DNA of 64,000 nucleotides from Octopus vulgaris (lineage: Eukaryota): the NCBI GenBank assembly GCA_951406725.2, contig OX597815.1, positions 29,326,001 to 29,390,000 of the forward strand. Reading direction: 5' to 3'. Position numbers and translations under genes: made by a program. Positions 36,940 through 50,112 of this stretch are shown in pieces. Every line of letters starts with the position of its first letter. The stretch's first letter is position 1. The notes under the pieces are model-generated. The model was not told the origin of the DNA. It did no database searches and saw only the letters and a list, made by a program, of their open reading frames with translations.

Positions 36940-36988
<49 letters not shown>

Positions 36989-38126
36989 CTGCTCGCTTAG
37001 CCAGTGGGGTGGCATCATTTGAAGGCTAAAACAATGCGAACGCATTGTGACCAGTGATGTGTAGCAACATCTGATGGTCTGGTCGGTCACGTGATCACGT
37101 GCATATTTAAAAAAAATTTTTAAAATTTTATCTAGTTTCAGCTCACGAGCTGTGGCCATGCTGGGGCACCGCCATTTATATATATGCACACATACAAAAT
37201 ATGAGTTGTATTTCAATTTTAGTGTCAGTTGATATTAATTAATTGATGGCTGGTTTGTCAGAGTTGTTTCATCACAACCTGTGACTTTATTAAAGATGTG
37301 TCCCTCATGCACCTCCTACATACTACCACTCACTTTCTCCTTGCTTTGTGTTCGTAACTTAAGAGTCTAATTGTAAATTTACCTAATCTTCTGTTATTTA
37401 TATTGTATACAGTGTCTGTGCACACAAGTGCATGTGTTTATATGTGAGCTTTTGTATATCTAAGTTGGAGACCAAGTCTAGGTGAGGGTTTCCTTGTGTT
37501 TGGCTCTGGACTTCAAATGCCTACACATAAATGTGCATGTGTGTGTTATATTTTTGTTGTAGTTGTTATTCTTGTTGTCTTTCTGTTCCTTTTTTTTTAT
37601 TTTTGTTTTAACTGTCCAAAAGAACTATGCTATTAATCATGTATGCATGTTTACACATAAGTAGCTGGTTTTTTTTGTGTGTTTCTGCGTAAATATGAAC
37701 TTCAGTATGTATAAGATATTTGTGAGCAACATTCCAAGCCAACTAGTGCTAAAACACAGGAACAACATCTGGTTTAGGACTCTAACAATTTTGTCAATCC
37801 GGCACCCTGAAATGCCACTTTATTTACCAACACTCTGAAACAATGTAAGGGAAAATAGGGCTTTGACAGGATTTGAACACAGAGTGCAGAGAACTGGAAT
37901 AAATACTGCAAAGTATTCAGTCTGATGCTCTAAGGAATAGGAAACAAAGAGAGATAGATTTAGAGAGAGAGATTTAGAGAGAGAGAGAGAGATTTAGCAA
38001 CCAATGTTGAGTATATTGAATATTGAGAGATTAGATAGAGACATGCTCAAAAATTGAGGGAGACACATAAATGAGAGATGAAATAAATGTCATAAAAATA
38101 CAGGAGCTGTGTATGCAAACACATGA

Positions 38127-38128
<2 letters not shown>

Positions 38129-38179
<51 letters not shown>

Positions 38180-38383
38180 GTATCTATCTATATATCTATC
38201 TATCAATATACATACATATACACATGCATAGACACACACCATATATATACACACATACATATGCATATGTATATATATGTATATATGTATGTATATATAC
38301 ATATAAGTATGTATGTACACACATATATATATATATATATACACATACATATATATATATGTATGTATATATACATATAAGTA

Positions 38384-38442
<59 letters not shown>

Positions 38443-38521
38443 ATGTATATATACATATAAGTATGTATGTACATATACATATATATATATATATATTCAT
38501 ATATTCATACACACATATAAG

Positions 38522-38583
<62 letters not shown>

Positions 38584-38856
38584 TACACACATATAAGTAT
38601 AAATATATATATATATATACACATATAAGTATATATATATATGCACATATATATACAGATACATATAAGTATATATATATATATATATATATGTATGTAC
38701 ACGTACATATATATGTATATATATATATATACATATAAGTATATATGTACATATATATACACATTCATATAAGTATATATGTATGTACATTACATATGTA
38801 TATACAGATATATATATAGACACACATATATACATATACATATATATATATATATC
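38129..38856. repeat. Compound (TA)n/(CA)n microsatellite
   Basis: About 730 bp almost entirely TA/CA/TG dinucleotides, with recurring CATATAAGTAT. Confidence 0.95.
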
Positions 38857-40078
38857 TGAATATATCTTCAATCACCCAGCTCTGGCAACAGCACCACTGT
38901 GTAGGTATAATCTTGCCACATGCAGAATATGAAAATAGTTCTTTCTATATACACCTATTTACAGCTTTTTTTTTCTTTCTTTCTTTACAGGAACTGAAAA
39001 AATTAGTAAGTTTAGGGTGGGTCAGAAATAAAAAATATCTGATGGAATAAAAACAAATAAAAATTGTACATTTGTTATTGATTTCAGAATGGTTACAATA
39101 GTTTGGAAAATTTTGGAGATTTATGTAAGATAAGGTAAATAATAGATAATTTCACTTTGAATTCAATGTTTCAAAACTCATTATGAAGATTATTATAAAC
39201 AAGTGTGGATGTCTGTGTGCGTGTGTGTTAGGTCATATATATATATATATACATATATATATGACCTCTCTTTGTTCATGTTTGGAGTGTGTGTGTGTGA
39301 GTGTGTGTAACTCAAACAGTCACAATAGTGAACGGTTGATACATCATTACGTGAGCTGATTATAAGTTCTTGTACTTTCTACACTCTAAACAGCTGTTGA
39401 TTCATTCATGTTGAGACCAAATAAATCAATTTAAAAACAAATTACTAACAATATATATATATGTGTGTGTGTGTGAGTGTGTTGATTGCTTTGTATAAGA
39501 AATATTATTGGTTTATATATTATGATGCCCCTTATAAAAGATGACCACTATATAAAAAGTAGTGCAGTTTCCTAAATAAATGAGGGCTTGTTTCTGTGAC
39601 CAGCAAATGTTATCAGCTCTATGTGAAGAAACTTAAAAGAAAAGGTTTGAGTTCAATGAAGATTAAATAAGTTATCCTTTATTCAACATTTTTTTTGTGT
39701 GGCTAAACTGTAAAAATTCTTAAACTTTATATAAACATTTGTTTTTAAAAAGCCACCACCACACCCACTTATACGTACAAATATTGAAGTGATAAGTAAG
39801 AAAAATAATTTACTTGCCAGGATGTAATTCAATAGGTATAATCAGTTTGTGTTCAAGTGTTGCATTCAAAATGTCAATTTTAAATATTAAAGTTATGAGC
39901 ATTGACTGCCAAATAAAGGGGAAAAAGTGACTTTAACACCTTCCAGGAGTACTATTGACAGAGTTCCCTACACAGTGGAGTAAGGAATCTTCCGAAGCAT
40001 TTTATTAAAGTAACATAAAAGCAGGTGAGGTTTTCACCTGCAATCAAATTTTCTATTGCAATTGAAACACGTGTAAGT

Positions 40079-40080
<2 letters not shown>

Positions 40081-40115
<35 letters not shown>

Positions 40116-40370
40116 ATATACATACATATATATGTTATATACATACATATATATGTTATATACATACATATATGTTATATACATACATATATGTTATATA
40201 TGTACATATATGTTATATACATACATATATATGTTATATACATATATATATATATGTTATATACATACATATAAGTTATATACATACATATATAAGTTAT
40301 ATACATACATATATATATGTTATATACATACACATATTCACATATGCACACATGCATACACACACATAAA
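40081..40370. repeat. TA-derived minisatellite (unit about 20-22 bp, ATATGTTATATACATACAT)
   Basis: Directly visible tandem units. Confidence 0.9.
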
Positions 40371-42005
40371 TTGCAGTCATCTGTGAACGGTTTCCATTTA
40401 GGAAAGAGCTTAACATTCATATACTGCCATTTTTACAAAAATTACCTCGAGATTTTGCAACAAAAATTTCCAGGGAAAGAAAAAATTAATTCCAGATTTA
40501 AACTGTTTTAAATGGTTACATGTATTAACTGGTAATCAAACAGAGAGTTTCCAGCAAAATATCTCTTTCAATGATCATGTCTGAAATAAAATTTCAACTT
40601 CTTTTTCTTTCCTAATGACTTTCTCTTAAAGACTATTTATAATCTCTATTTTTAGGTGTTAAACAGTAATAGAGATCTTAAAGCTTATATTAAATGATTT
40701 CATCATACTCAGGTTTTTTTTTTTATCATTTATATTTAAAAACAAATATACATTTTTTAGACAACATTATTTTTTTATATATTTTAGTAATATGTCTGCC
40801 ATTTAATAACTCAGCAAAATAGCTTCAATATTAAAACTGGCCATTATACTTTCATTCAACAGTCTGTCTCTAAACTATAACCCATAAATGGTCAAGTAGT
40901 TCAAGGGTAAGCTGTTTATCAACATTTTCTCAGACCTAATAGTGATTTTTTATAACAACTCCCTCAGTTCTGACAACCATTTCTCATATATAACAAACAT
41001 CTAATCAAGCTATTATCATTTCTGTTCCATAAATGCACTGCTCTTAGTTTATGCTTATCACAAAACTCTCATATCCACTGTCTATACAATACATATAAAG
41101 AGCAAAACCTCCAAGCCAAGTTTCTTTGTATAAATGTCTGCTGCACCCAACAATATAGTTGCCGTTTAAAATTGACTCCAAAATTGATCAAAGGAAATCC
41201 CACCAAATCTGTGAGATTGTGTTTCAGTTACTGTTTCTATTACATTGAAAACTTGCATGAAATGTCACGAAAGAGATTTATATCTTAAATCAATTCTTCC
41301 AATCTGGCTGCTATCATTTTTATTATATTGATGTAGCCAATTTCCAAATCCTCTAATACAAGCTGCTATTCTATGGAACAAACATTCATTCTTTGTTCTT
41401 ATACTTTTCAATTGTTACAGAATCTAGATTAAGCATCAATATCAAATCAACTTCACCAATATGGCATCGAGTATGTGCTCACTTTTGTCCCATATGATGC
41501 CATAAAAAAATCATTATAGACAGACAAAGATAAAAGCTCCACGTTGTGTATTCTAAATTCTCACAATATGACAAAAATAAAGGTTCCTCTGAACACTAGG
41601 ATACAGACAAGTGTTATTTGATAACAGTTCTACAAAGCACAGCAATGTTACTTTAATATTCAATATTTAAAAATTTAAAACTATTTTTTAAAGAAGAGGA
41701 ACAGATGTAAGCTTAGGGGTTTAATCACATTACTTCAGAGTTTGAATGCAATATACAAGAACATTTACTTACAGTTTATATGAAGATATACCTTTTTGAC
41801 TCCGACACACACACACACACACATATACATACACACTAGCATGTAAAGTGGACATAAAACAAAGGTGATGATGATTTTATATATATGGATGTACGTATGT
41901 ATGTGTGTGTGTGTATATATATATGGATGCATGTGTATATGTATATATGAATGTGTGTATATATATATATATATATATGGGTGTATGTGTGTGTATATAT
42001 ATATA

Positions 42006-42057
<52 letters not shown>

Positions 42058-42339
42058 TAGCCATGTCAGTGTGACATGTGTGGCAAATCATTCTCTCGAA
42101 AAAGCCACATGTATAAACATGTGGGTATTCAGAGACGTGTTACTGTCTCAATGTCAAAATTTATTAAGTCATAACAATAATTAACCCTATTTGGTCTGCT
42201 AAAACACAGGCTTTTTCCTTTCATCAGTTATAGGAATTTCTTAATAAAGAATAATGAATAAAATATTTATTTTGTGCTTGTTTTTTTTGTCTATATCTGG
42301 ACCCTGTTCCCTTTCTAGCTGAAATCTGCCATTCTAGCA

Positions 42340-42386
42340 AAAACTGTCCGATGAACGGCAACGGGAAACTCAGGGTATCAGGTTTT
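42340..42386 (+). ncRNA. Degenerate copy of the 32081 hammerhead family
   Basis: CUGU CCGAUGA acggcaacgg GAAACUCAGGGUA ucagg, with a U4C change in the core. Flanks are homologous to 32071-32160. Confidence 0.5.
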
Positions 42387-45300
42387 GTTGAATTTTCTGC
42401 TGCTCTAAATAAAGTATATATATATATATATATATATATATGTCTATATGTCTATATATCTATCTATATATATATATTTCACAAAGATCTACCATGTGGA
42501 TCTCAGTTTCTGAATAGATACACCATCTTCCCGTGTTATGTAAAAAGTTAAAATAAAAAGTTAGTAACAGGAAGCTAGTTTGGCTGTAAAACACTGCCTC
42601 ATAAAACCCATCTAACCCATACCAGCATAGAAAAGCAGACGTGTACACCCACACACACACGTATATATATATATATATATATATACAGAGAGAGTGAGAG
42701 AGAGATGGTTATCCTTAATAGCTTTATCTATAATCAGATCTATAATGATATTTAATTTCTCCATGAAGGGGAGGGAGAAAATGATTTTTTTTTTGTGATA
42801 CACTGTAAATAATCAGTACTCTGTCATTGCATAGTAAAACTGCTAAATGGACTCACTACTCACACATACACATAAAATAAACAAACTTGTAAAACACATT
42901 TGTTTCAGTGGCTAAAAAAAATCCTATAAAAATTATTTTGAATATGTTCCTCAGTTTCTTTTTTTAACAAGCCTGTAAACTTTTGCATTCCAAGATTTTT
43001 CAGCATTTATAACAATATTACAGTAGAATAATGAAAGAAAGTACAACGCAATACAAGAAAACAAAAACAACAAAAAAAAAACAAAAACAGAATACACCGT
43101 GAAAGCAAGCAAAGGAAAAAAAAAAATCTCAAAGGTTCCATGCATAAATAGAAAATAGAGAACTGTTTCTTTATCACCAATACATGGCAACAATTATTCA
43201 AACAATAAATTCACATATAAGAAATATTGCACAAATACAAAATACAATGTTTATTTTTGTTTTGATTTTTAAGGTTTTTCTTATTTTTTTCCAAAATGAC
43301 TACATAGTGGGAAGGGGAAACAACAAACAAACAAACAAAAAATTGAAATGTAAACAAAAAAATCTTGCTGGGTTTATTGAAATACTTATTAATCTAATTC
43401 TACTGTCAAAGAGTTGGACTGAAGCTTAAGTCTCTACAATAATATTGTTTTATTTTCTTTTTTTTTTTTCTGTAAGTGGATTAGGAAATGATTTTTACAT
43501 TAATAATTTTTTCTTAATTTTTTTTCCCCACAATTCTTCATTTAGATTTCTGTCCAAGGTAAAAGAAAAAAAACCCCACAAGAAATCTTTTCCTTCATGA
43601 CAAAATTAATTTTCAAAATGATTTTTATATATATATATATTTTTTTTAAATAAATAAGAAATCAATTTTTGATCTCTTTTTTCCATTATATTTTCATTCC
43701 CACATTCCCCCCTGCACTGCTGCTACCAAGGTTATTAACATCAAAAGTCATTTTCCCCCATTTTTTTACCATCATTAATATCTCTTTTCTTTTAACATCA
43801 CAAATTTCTCAATGAAATTATTTTCATCTGGAGCTTCTTAGTCTATTCAACTTGGCTTCTTTATATCAACTTTCTTATTTTCATTCAAAAACGCAATAAT
43901 AATCACATTCTTTCTAATACCAAGTCATGTACAATGGTATGTCAATAATATGCTTTTAATTTTTATGGTTTCAAATCTAATACATATTTGTTATTATCTA
44001 TTTTCATTTAATAGAGGTAAATCCAATTATATATACACATATATTTTAAAGAAAATTTGTGTGTCTCTGTGTGTGTATGCATATATAAATATAAATATAT
44101 ATATATGCATACACAAAAACACATGCATGTATATACAAATATATATGAGTGAATATAAATGTATATATAAAGTAATGCATTGTTATGGAGCAGGATATGA
44201 TAAAAGCAAAAAAAAAAAAAAGGCATCTAGCCGAAAAAAAAAAGTCATTTGATTTAACAATAGAAGTATATATAACTTCTTTTGATAAAATAAATTATAG
44301 CTTTTCATGCTTAACAAGAGTTCAGTTTAAGAAACTACAGAAGGACTAAACTAAATTTGAAATCAAAATGATAATGAATTCTTTGATGGTGGCATGTCTA
44401 AATCTGCATTGGAAGTACAACAAAATAATTAAAAAAGAAACAAAACAAAACAAAACAAACAGAAAGGAATAATAACAGAAACTATAGCAATATACATTAG
44501 ATGATTAAAAAGAAATTCGACAAATCATTTAAATGAATATACAATGGGGTGGTAGAGCATAACATTGCCAGAAATGTTAACATCATAACAGTTTGTTTTT
44601 TAATGTCGTTTGATACATATTTTTTATTACATTTTTTTTTAAAAAGTTCATCTGTACAATTGAATACTAACTACCGTTGCTGTTTATATACACTGATTAC
44701 ATGATACAGAATTTCATTTTAATTAATTGGATGGAAATTGTAATAAAAAAAAAAAAAAAAAAAGAAAAAAAGAAAAAAGTTTAAAATATCAAGCATAAAT
44801 GCTAACACATTATTTCAGGGGAATGGAAATAATTTCCCCAAAGGAAGGAAAGAATAAACATTTTTCATATTTATAGCATTTGTTATAGAAGCATTATAAC
44901 TACTAAAACATGGACCATATTGGATTGGTGGAAAAAAAATATATATATAATATATAAATTTGTATACACAATTTGTTTGGTGCTTATATATATGTGATAA
45001 TTATTGTGTGTGTGTGTGTGTGTATATATATTTATACATATGCATATATATATGCATACAAAAAAAAAATGAAAGACCTGTACAATTTTTCTTCTTTTTT
45101 TTATGGACATGACTTACAACCAATATCTGATTCACACTTAGTACTTTTTATTGTAAGAATAAGTGTATTATTATTAGATACATTGGTTGTACACTCAAAG
45201 TCTTTCAACCCGTATGACAAAGAAGCCCTCATTTCAGCAACAAGGAATTATAGGGATTCAATTGTAAATCCTTTTCTCATTTTATAAAAAAAAAAATAAA

Positions 45301-45884
45301 TAAAATAAAATAAAATTTGTATAGCTTTTGACAGTTGTTTTTGACTATTGAAAACTGATCATCTGATGATAAAAATTAGAAAAACAAGCACAACCCATAC
45401 ATTGTTTTCAATGAAAAGTAATAAATGGTACTATGTAAATAAAATTTGAAAAAGAAAAAAAAATTGATAAAAATAAAAATTAGGTTAAATTATAATAATC
45501 TCTAGACATGCAAAAAAAAATTTAACTTATAAAATCAAAGAATTGTCACAAAACATAGTAAAACAAAGTATATAGGTTTTGCTAAAATATTGAAGTGTGA
45601 AGTGTTAGAGAATTGACTTTTGGTTATATTTAAACAAAATATACCGTTAGCTAGAGAACAATGACGATATTTATAGAGCTGTCACTGATCATGTCTGTCT
45701 GCCTGTTATATCTTCACTTGGCCTGGTTTTAAAAAAAACTGCTTTTAATCAAATGTATTTATTAGCCAAATATTTTACTAGTGTGCAAGTAAGTTTGAGG
45801 TTAATGTGTAAAGTTACATTTAACAATCATTAAATGATTATTTTTTGATATTACTACTACTTCTACTACTACTACAACTACTAC

Positions 45885-45924
<40 letters not shown>

Positions 45925-47882
45925 TCATTATTATTTAGTTATTTGTTTGTTTTAGATTTACTATTTGTTTCTACAATTGGAAGAAAAAAAAGGAAGTAGA
46001 ATGAAAAAAATAATAAGAAAGGAGGAATATGGTAAAGGAAAACAAATGAAAATATTGATGGTTTGCATTATGATTATTAAACTCATCCAGAATTTGAAAG
46101 AATTTAAAGAGAATAACAAGCATTATTTAGAAATGAAACATTTCATAGATGATTATTGATTAAATGCTTGAAAAGCCAAATAGAAGCATCACACCATAAG
46201 AACTTCTAAAAGATTTGAAAATGTTCATCAGTTAACCTTTGGAAGAATCTTTTAATGCTAATGTTTCTAACAGCAGTGAAAATATAATTTACAGATGTGA
46301 ATGCATCAATATCAAAAGTTATAGATTACCTACGATAGACAACTTAGATTTATTAGATTTATTGAATACTCAATATCAACACAGAGATTTAAAATCTAAA
46401 AGATAGATATTCAGAACGTGAAAAGAGTGCTAGTGATGGAACACATAACACATTCTTAGATATAGTATTCTTATGAAGACCTCATTTCTTACAAGAATCA
46501 AGAACAAAATCCTTAAGCCAGTACAAGTGTGCAGTTTTGGTAATTAAATGTAATATCAAGAACTTCCATATTAAATATTGTTTTAGAAAAGGAAGTAAGG
46601 CTACAAGTACATTCTGAACACAATTGGTAGTCTAAACATTTACTTTGTTTGACTAGGAAGAGTGTGTTTATATGTTGAGGGAGTAGGGAATGGGAAATTG
46701 TGACATTCATACCTTTCTAAACATATGAAACACTAAATTTTATTGATGTAAAGCTGACCAGTCTAATAACTATTTTGTCAAATTGGACCTTACTTCTAAA
46801 TGCAAGATTCTAGAACAATCTGATCAAGTAGTCAATGGAGAATTCTATATTGAATTTTATAATTAAACAGAACCAATAAAAAGACTATAACTCTTATAAC
46901 TCTATAATGATTTCCTGAGAAATGAATGATAAAGAGATTTAAGATATACAGTACCCAGAAGTGATACTAATACCTTAAATATACTGAATGCTTGTGTCTT
47001 TAGTACTTCTCTTTTGAAAGATTTTCTTATCCACTGGAAAGAAAATCAATAAGAACAAAAATAAAACCCTTGATTTAGACTGAAAATAGTTGAAGGGTGT
47101 TAGAAAATTTGGCTAGGAATTCACAGACAAAAAAAGTTTCAGATTTAACACCAACTTTATAATAGGCATGAATCAAGGAACAATATTTTAAACTATCACA
47201 GAAAGTTGTTTTGTATTTGGAAAAATAAAAAAGTAAAACAGAAAAAAGATTTGAAATAATAAAAATTTGAAAGAAAGTGGCTGCTTGTAACAAGATCTAT
47301 GAATAACAATGAGAGGCACACACTGCGAAGTAGTCGTTTGATAATGTTTTCTTTAGTAAGTAGTGGTTGAAATGTTCTCTCTGATATTCACCTGTTCTAC
47401 ATATTAAAATGCAAAGAAACCTATCAACAAATCTCAGGGATAACAATCAGGAAGTGTTTCCTATTGACTTAAGTAACAGGACCACCAGTTTCAAATCTGA
47501 AATCAGCTCAACATTAAGATGACAAGCTAGAAAGCTAACAATGATGGTTCTAATGAGACTAATATGCATAGAAAGCACAGTTTGTGAGGTTATCACCAAA
47601 CTTTTGATGAATTGTCGCTAGGCTATAGTCATCTTACTGAATGTTGGCTGGCTCTAAAAATATTCTTTTGCTGTTCAAAAACCACTTACGGTGTCAATAT
47701 AATCAAATAAGTGACAATCAAGAAAATACATTGTCTTTTTCTACTTTTGGTTTTGCTTTGAAAAATATAACAATTACTACAAAGGCATGATTTTTTCAAC
47801 ATCAGCACTTGCTAAAAGAAATAAAAATCTCAGGACAGTTCATCTGCAACATCTATAGTCATTTTGAGCTACCTTTCTAATA

Positions 47883-47920
<38 letters not shown>

Positions 47921-49554
47921 GACTCAATTTATGAAACAGAGTTTATTCATTCAAAACTGAGGCCTTCTAACTAGTTTAGGTTTCCCATTTATATTGCTTT
48001 CTTCTAGAAACTTGAATTAAAAACAGAAAAGAGCTCCAGATTTGAATATATATATATATATATACACTTTGAGCTGTGCAGTAATACCAGACTGACTTGG
48101 TGCCTCAACTTAAGTACCTAATCCAACTGAATCTTATATATATATATGATATGTGTGCATATATATGAACAGCTTCCATATATTATTAAGACAAAAATTT
48201 TAGCTCATAAAATATATATGCTCTACTTCTTTGTATTGAGTACTTCTATTTCTTGTTTGTACAACCAAATGTAGTATGTATGGCTTCTAGTAGTCTGCCT
48301 GATCAGATGTCACTAAAGTTGAGAAGACATCTAGTAATAATAAATGTACAATTCGTAATAGGTCAGTAAATACTGAGAAATTAATGAAAGCAAAAACAAA
48401 AAAATTGAGAAAATTAATGAAAGCAAATAAAAAGGAAATAATTCCTATTGAATATCAAAGAAACTTGATTTCAATTCAAACAATAAGTTTTAATAAAGCA
48501 TAAGCAAAGAAGGTGTGACCTAGTATTTGACTAGTACATCTTTTATCTACCTCAGGTGGATGAAAGGCAAAGCTCAACTTGGCTTATATTGCATGGCCTT
48601 TAACCACTGGCTTATCTGTTCTTGCAGAGTTAATCTGGGGAATAAATAACAATGAACCCCTGTTTAATACAAGAGGTACTCAAATTCCCTTTTCTGGCTT
48701 TATCAGTGTAAACTAGAAAACAATACACAACTTAATGATTTTTTTTTTTTTGGCTAATAACACAGAGCAAGGATAGGAATTCGCGATCCTTATGAGTCAA
48801 GAACCCAATACCTAACTACTTAGCCATGTGTCAAAATAGAAAACGAAAAGGCTAAGTATTGGGATAAGTAATTAGAACATCTTAGACAATAAAAAAATTG
48901 TTACATACACAAAATAACTGCGAACAATTAGGAAAATACTTCAGAGGTTAAAATGAATTTCAGAATACAGCAAACTCCAGTCAACCTTCTACTGAGGGTA
49001 AGTTAATGAAAGTAGTTAGCAACCATTCATAGTCAATAGACAGTTGATGTATATCTAGGTGTGTAACAGCCCTCCCCATCTCCAAATGACCATTACATAT
49101 ATACAACTTATAAATGCTCTTAATATTATACAAATATTAAAAGTTAGAGGTCTGCTGTTGCAAGTGGCTTTGGGATATATAACATGTAGCCTATACTATT
49201 TCCACATGAAGGTGAATAGTTAAATTGTAGCATATTGAGTGGCACAGTGAAAGAATGTGATCTAGAGACACTGTCACGGAGCATGTTGGTTTTAGTATAA
49301 GTTACAATTCATTTTCAAAATGTTTCTAAATCTATTTCAAAATTTTCTTTTTACACTATTTATAACTTACAAATGGATTGGTAGGAAAACAAAAAAAACT
49401 AGCTTAGTAAAATAAGAATTCCTATTTTCACATTGATTTCTTCATACTTTGAAGAATATTAATTAAAAAAAATATTAATAAAGTAAATCATTGTTTGAAT
49501 TGTGTATTTCAGCAGGTAAATATAGTTTCAGTATAAACTAATGTGTATAATATA

Positions 49555-49614
<60 letters not shown>

Positions 49615-50047
49615 CAAATCAATATAAGATAATCCTTATTCACCTTCATTTTCTGGGTTATTGCTAAGAACAAAAACAAATTTATAAAATCAGAATTGGG
49701 AGTATAAAAATATGAAAAATAAACTCTTTTTAAATGGAATAATTCTAACCAAATAGAATTTTGGGAAACAAATAACTCAAATTAACCGTAGCAAGAACAA
49801 AATTATCTCACTGATAAAGAAACCTAGTTGAGATTAAACAATAAAGATAAAGAACAATTTTCAGCAAACAGAAATATATAATTTTAATTTGCATTCAGTA
49901 ATATTTAATATTTAATAAGTAATAACTATTTTTTGACAGGAAAAGGAACATATCCATAGAAGACACTTAGGAGTGAAGAATATTTTAAAATGAAAATATA
50001 TCACTACATTTCACAGATATATACATATTAGTCTAGACAATTTGTGT

Positions 50048-50112
<65 letters not shown>

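Noticed and set aside
38071-38871. Several long ORFs rich in Y/I/H/T/C/V/M
   Set aside because: Translations of TA/CA microsatellite that happen to lack stops. The same applies to ORFs at about 16250-16560, 40078-40420, 41765-42184 and 60502-60805.
39351-39405. CTGATTA...TAAACAGCTGTT, resembling a hammerhead with palindromic stem III
   Set aside because: Both core boxes are mutated and no clear stem I or II exists; at most a heavily decayed copy.
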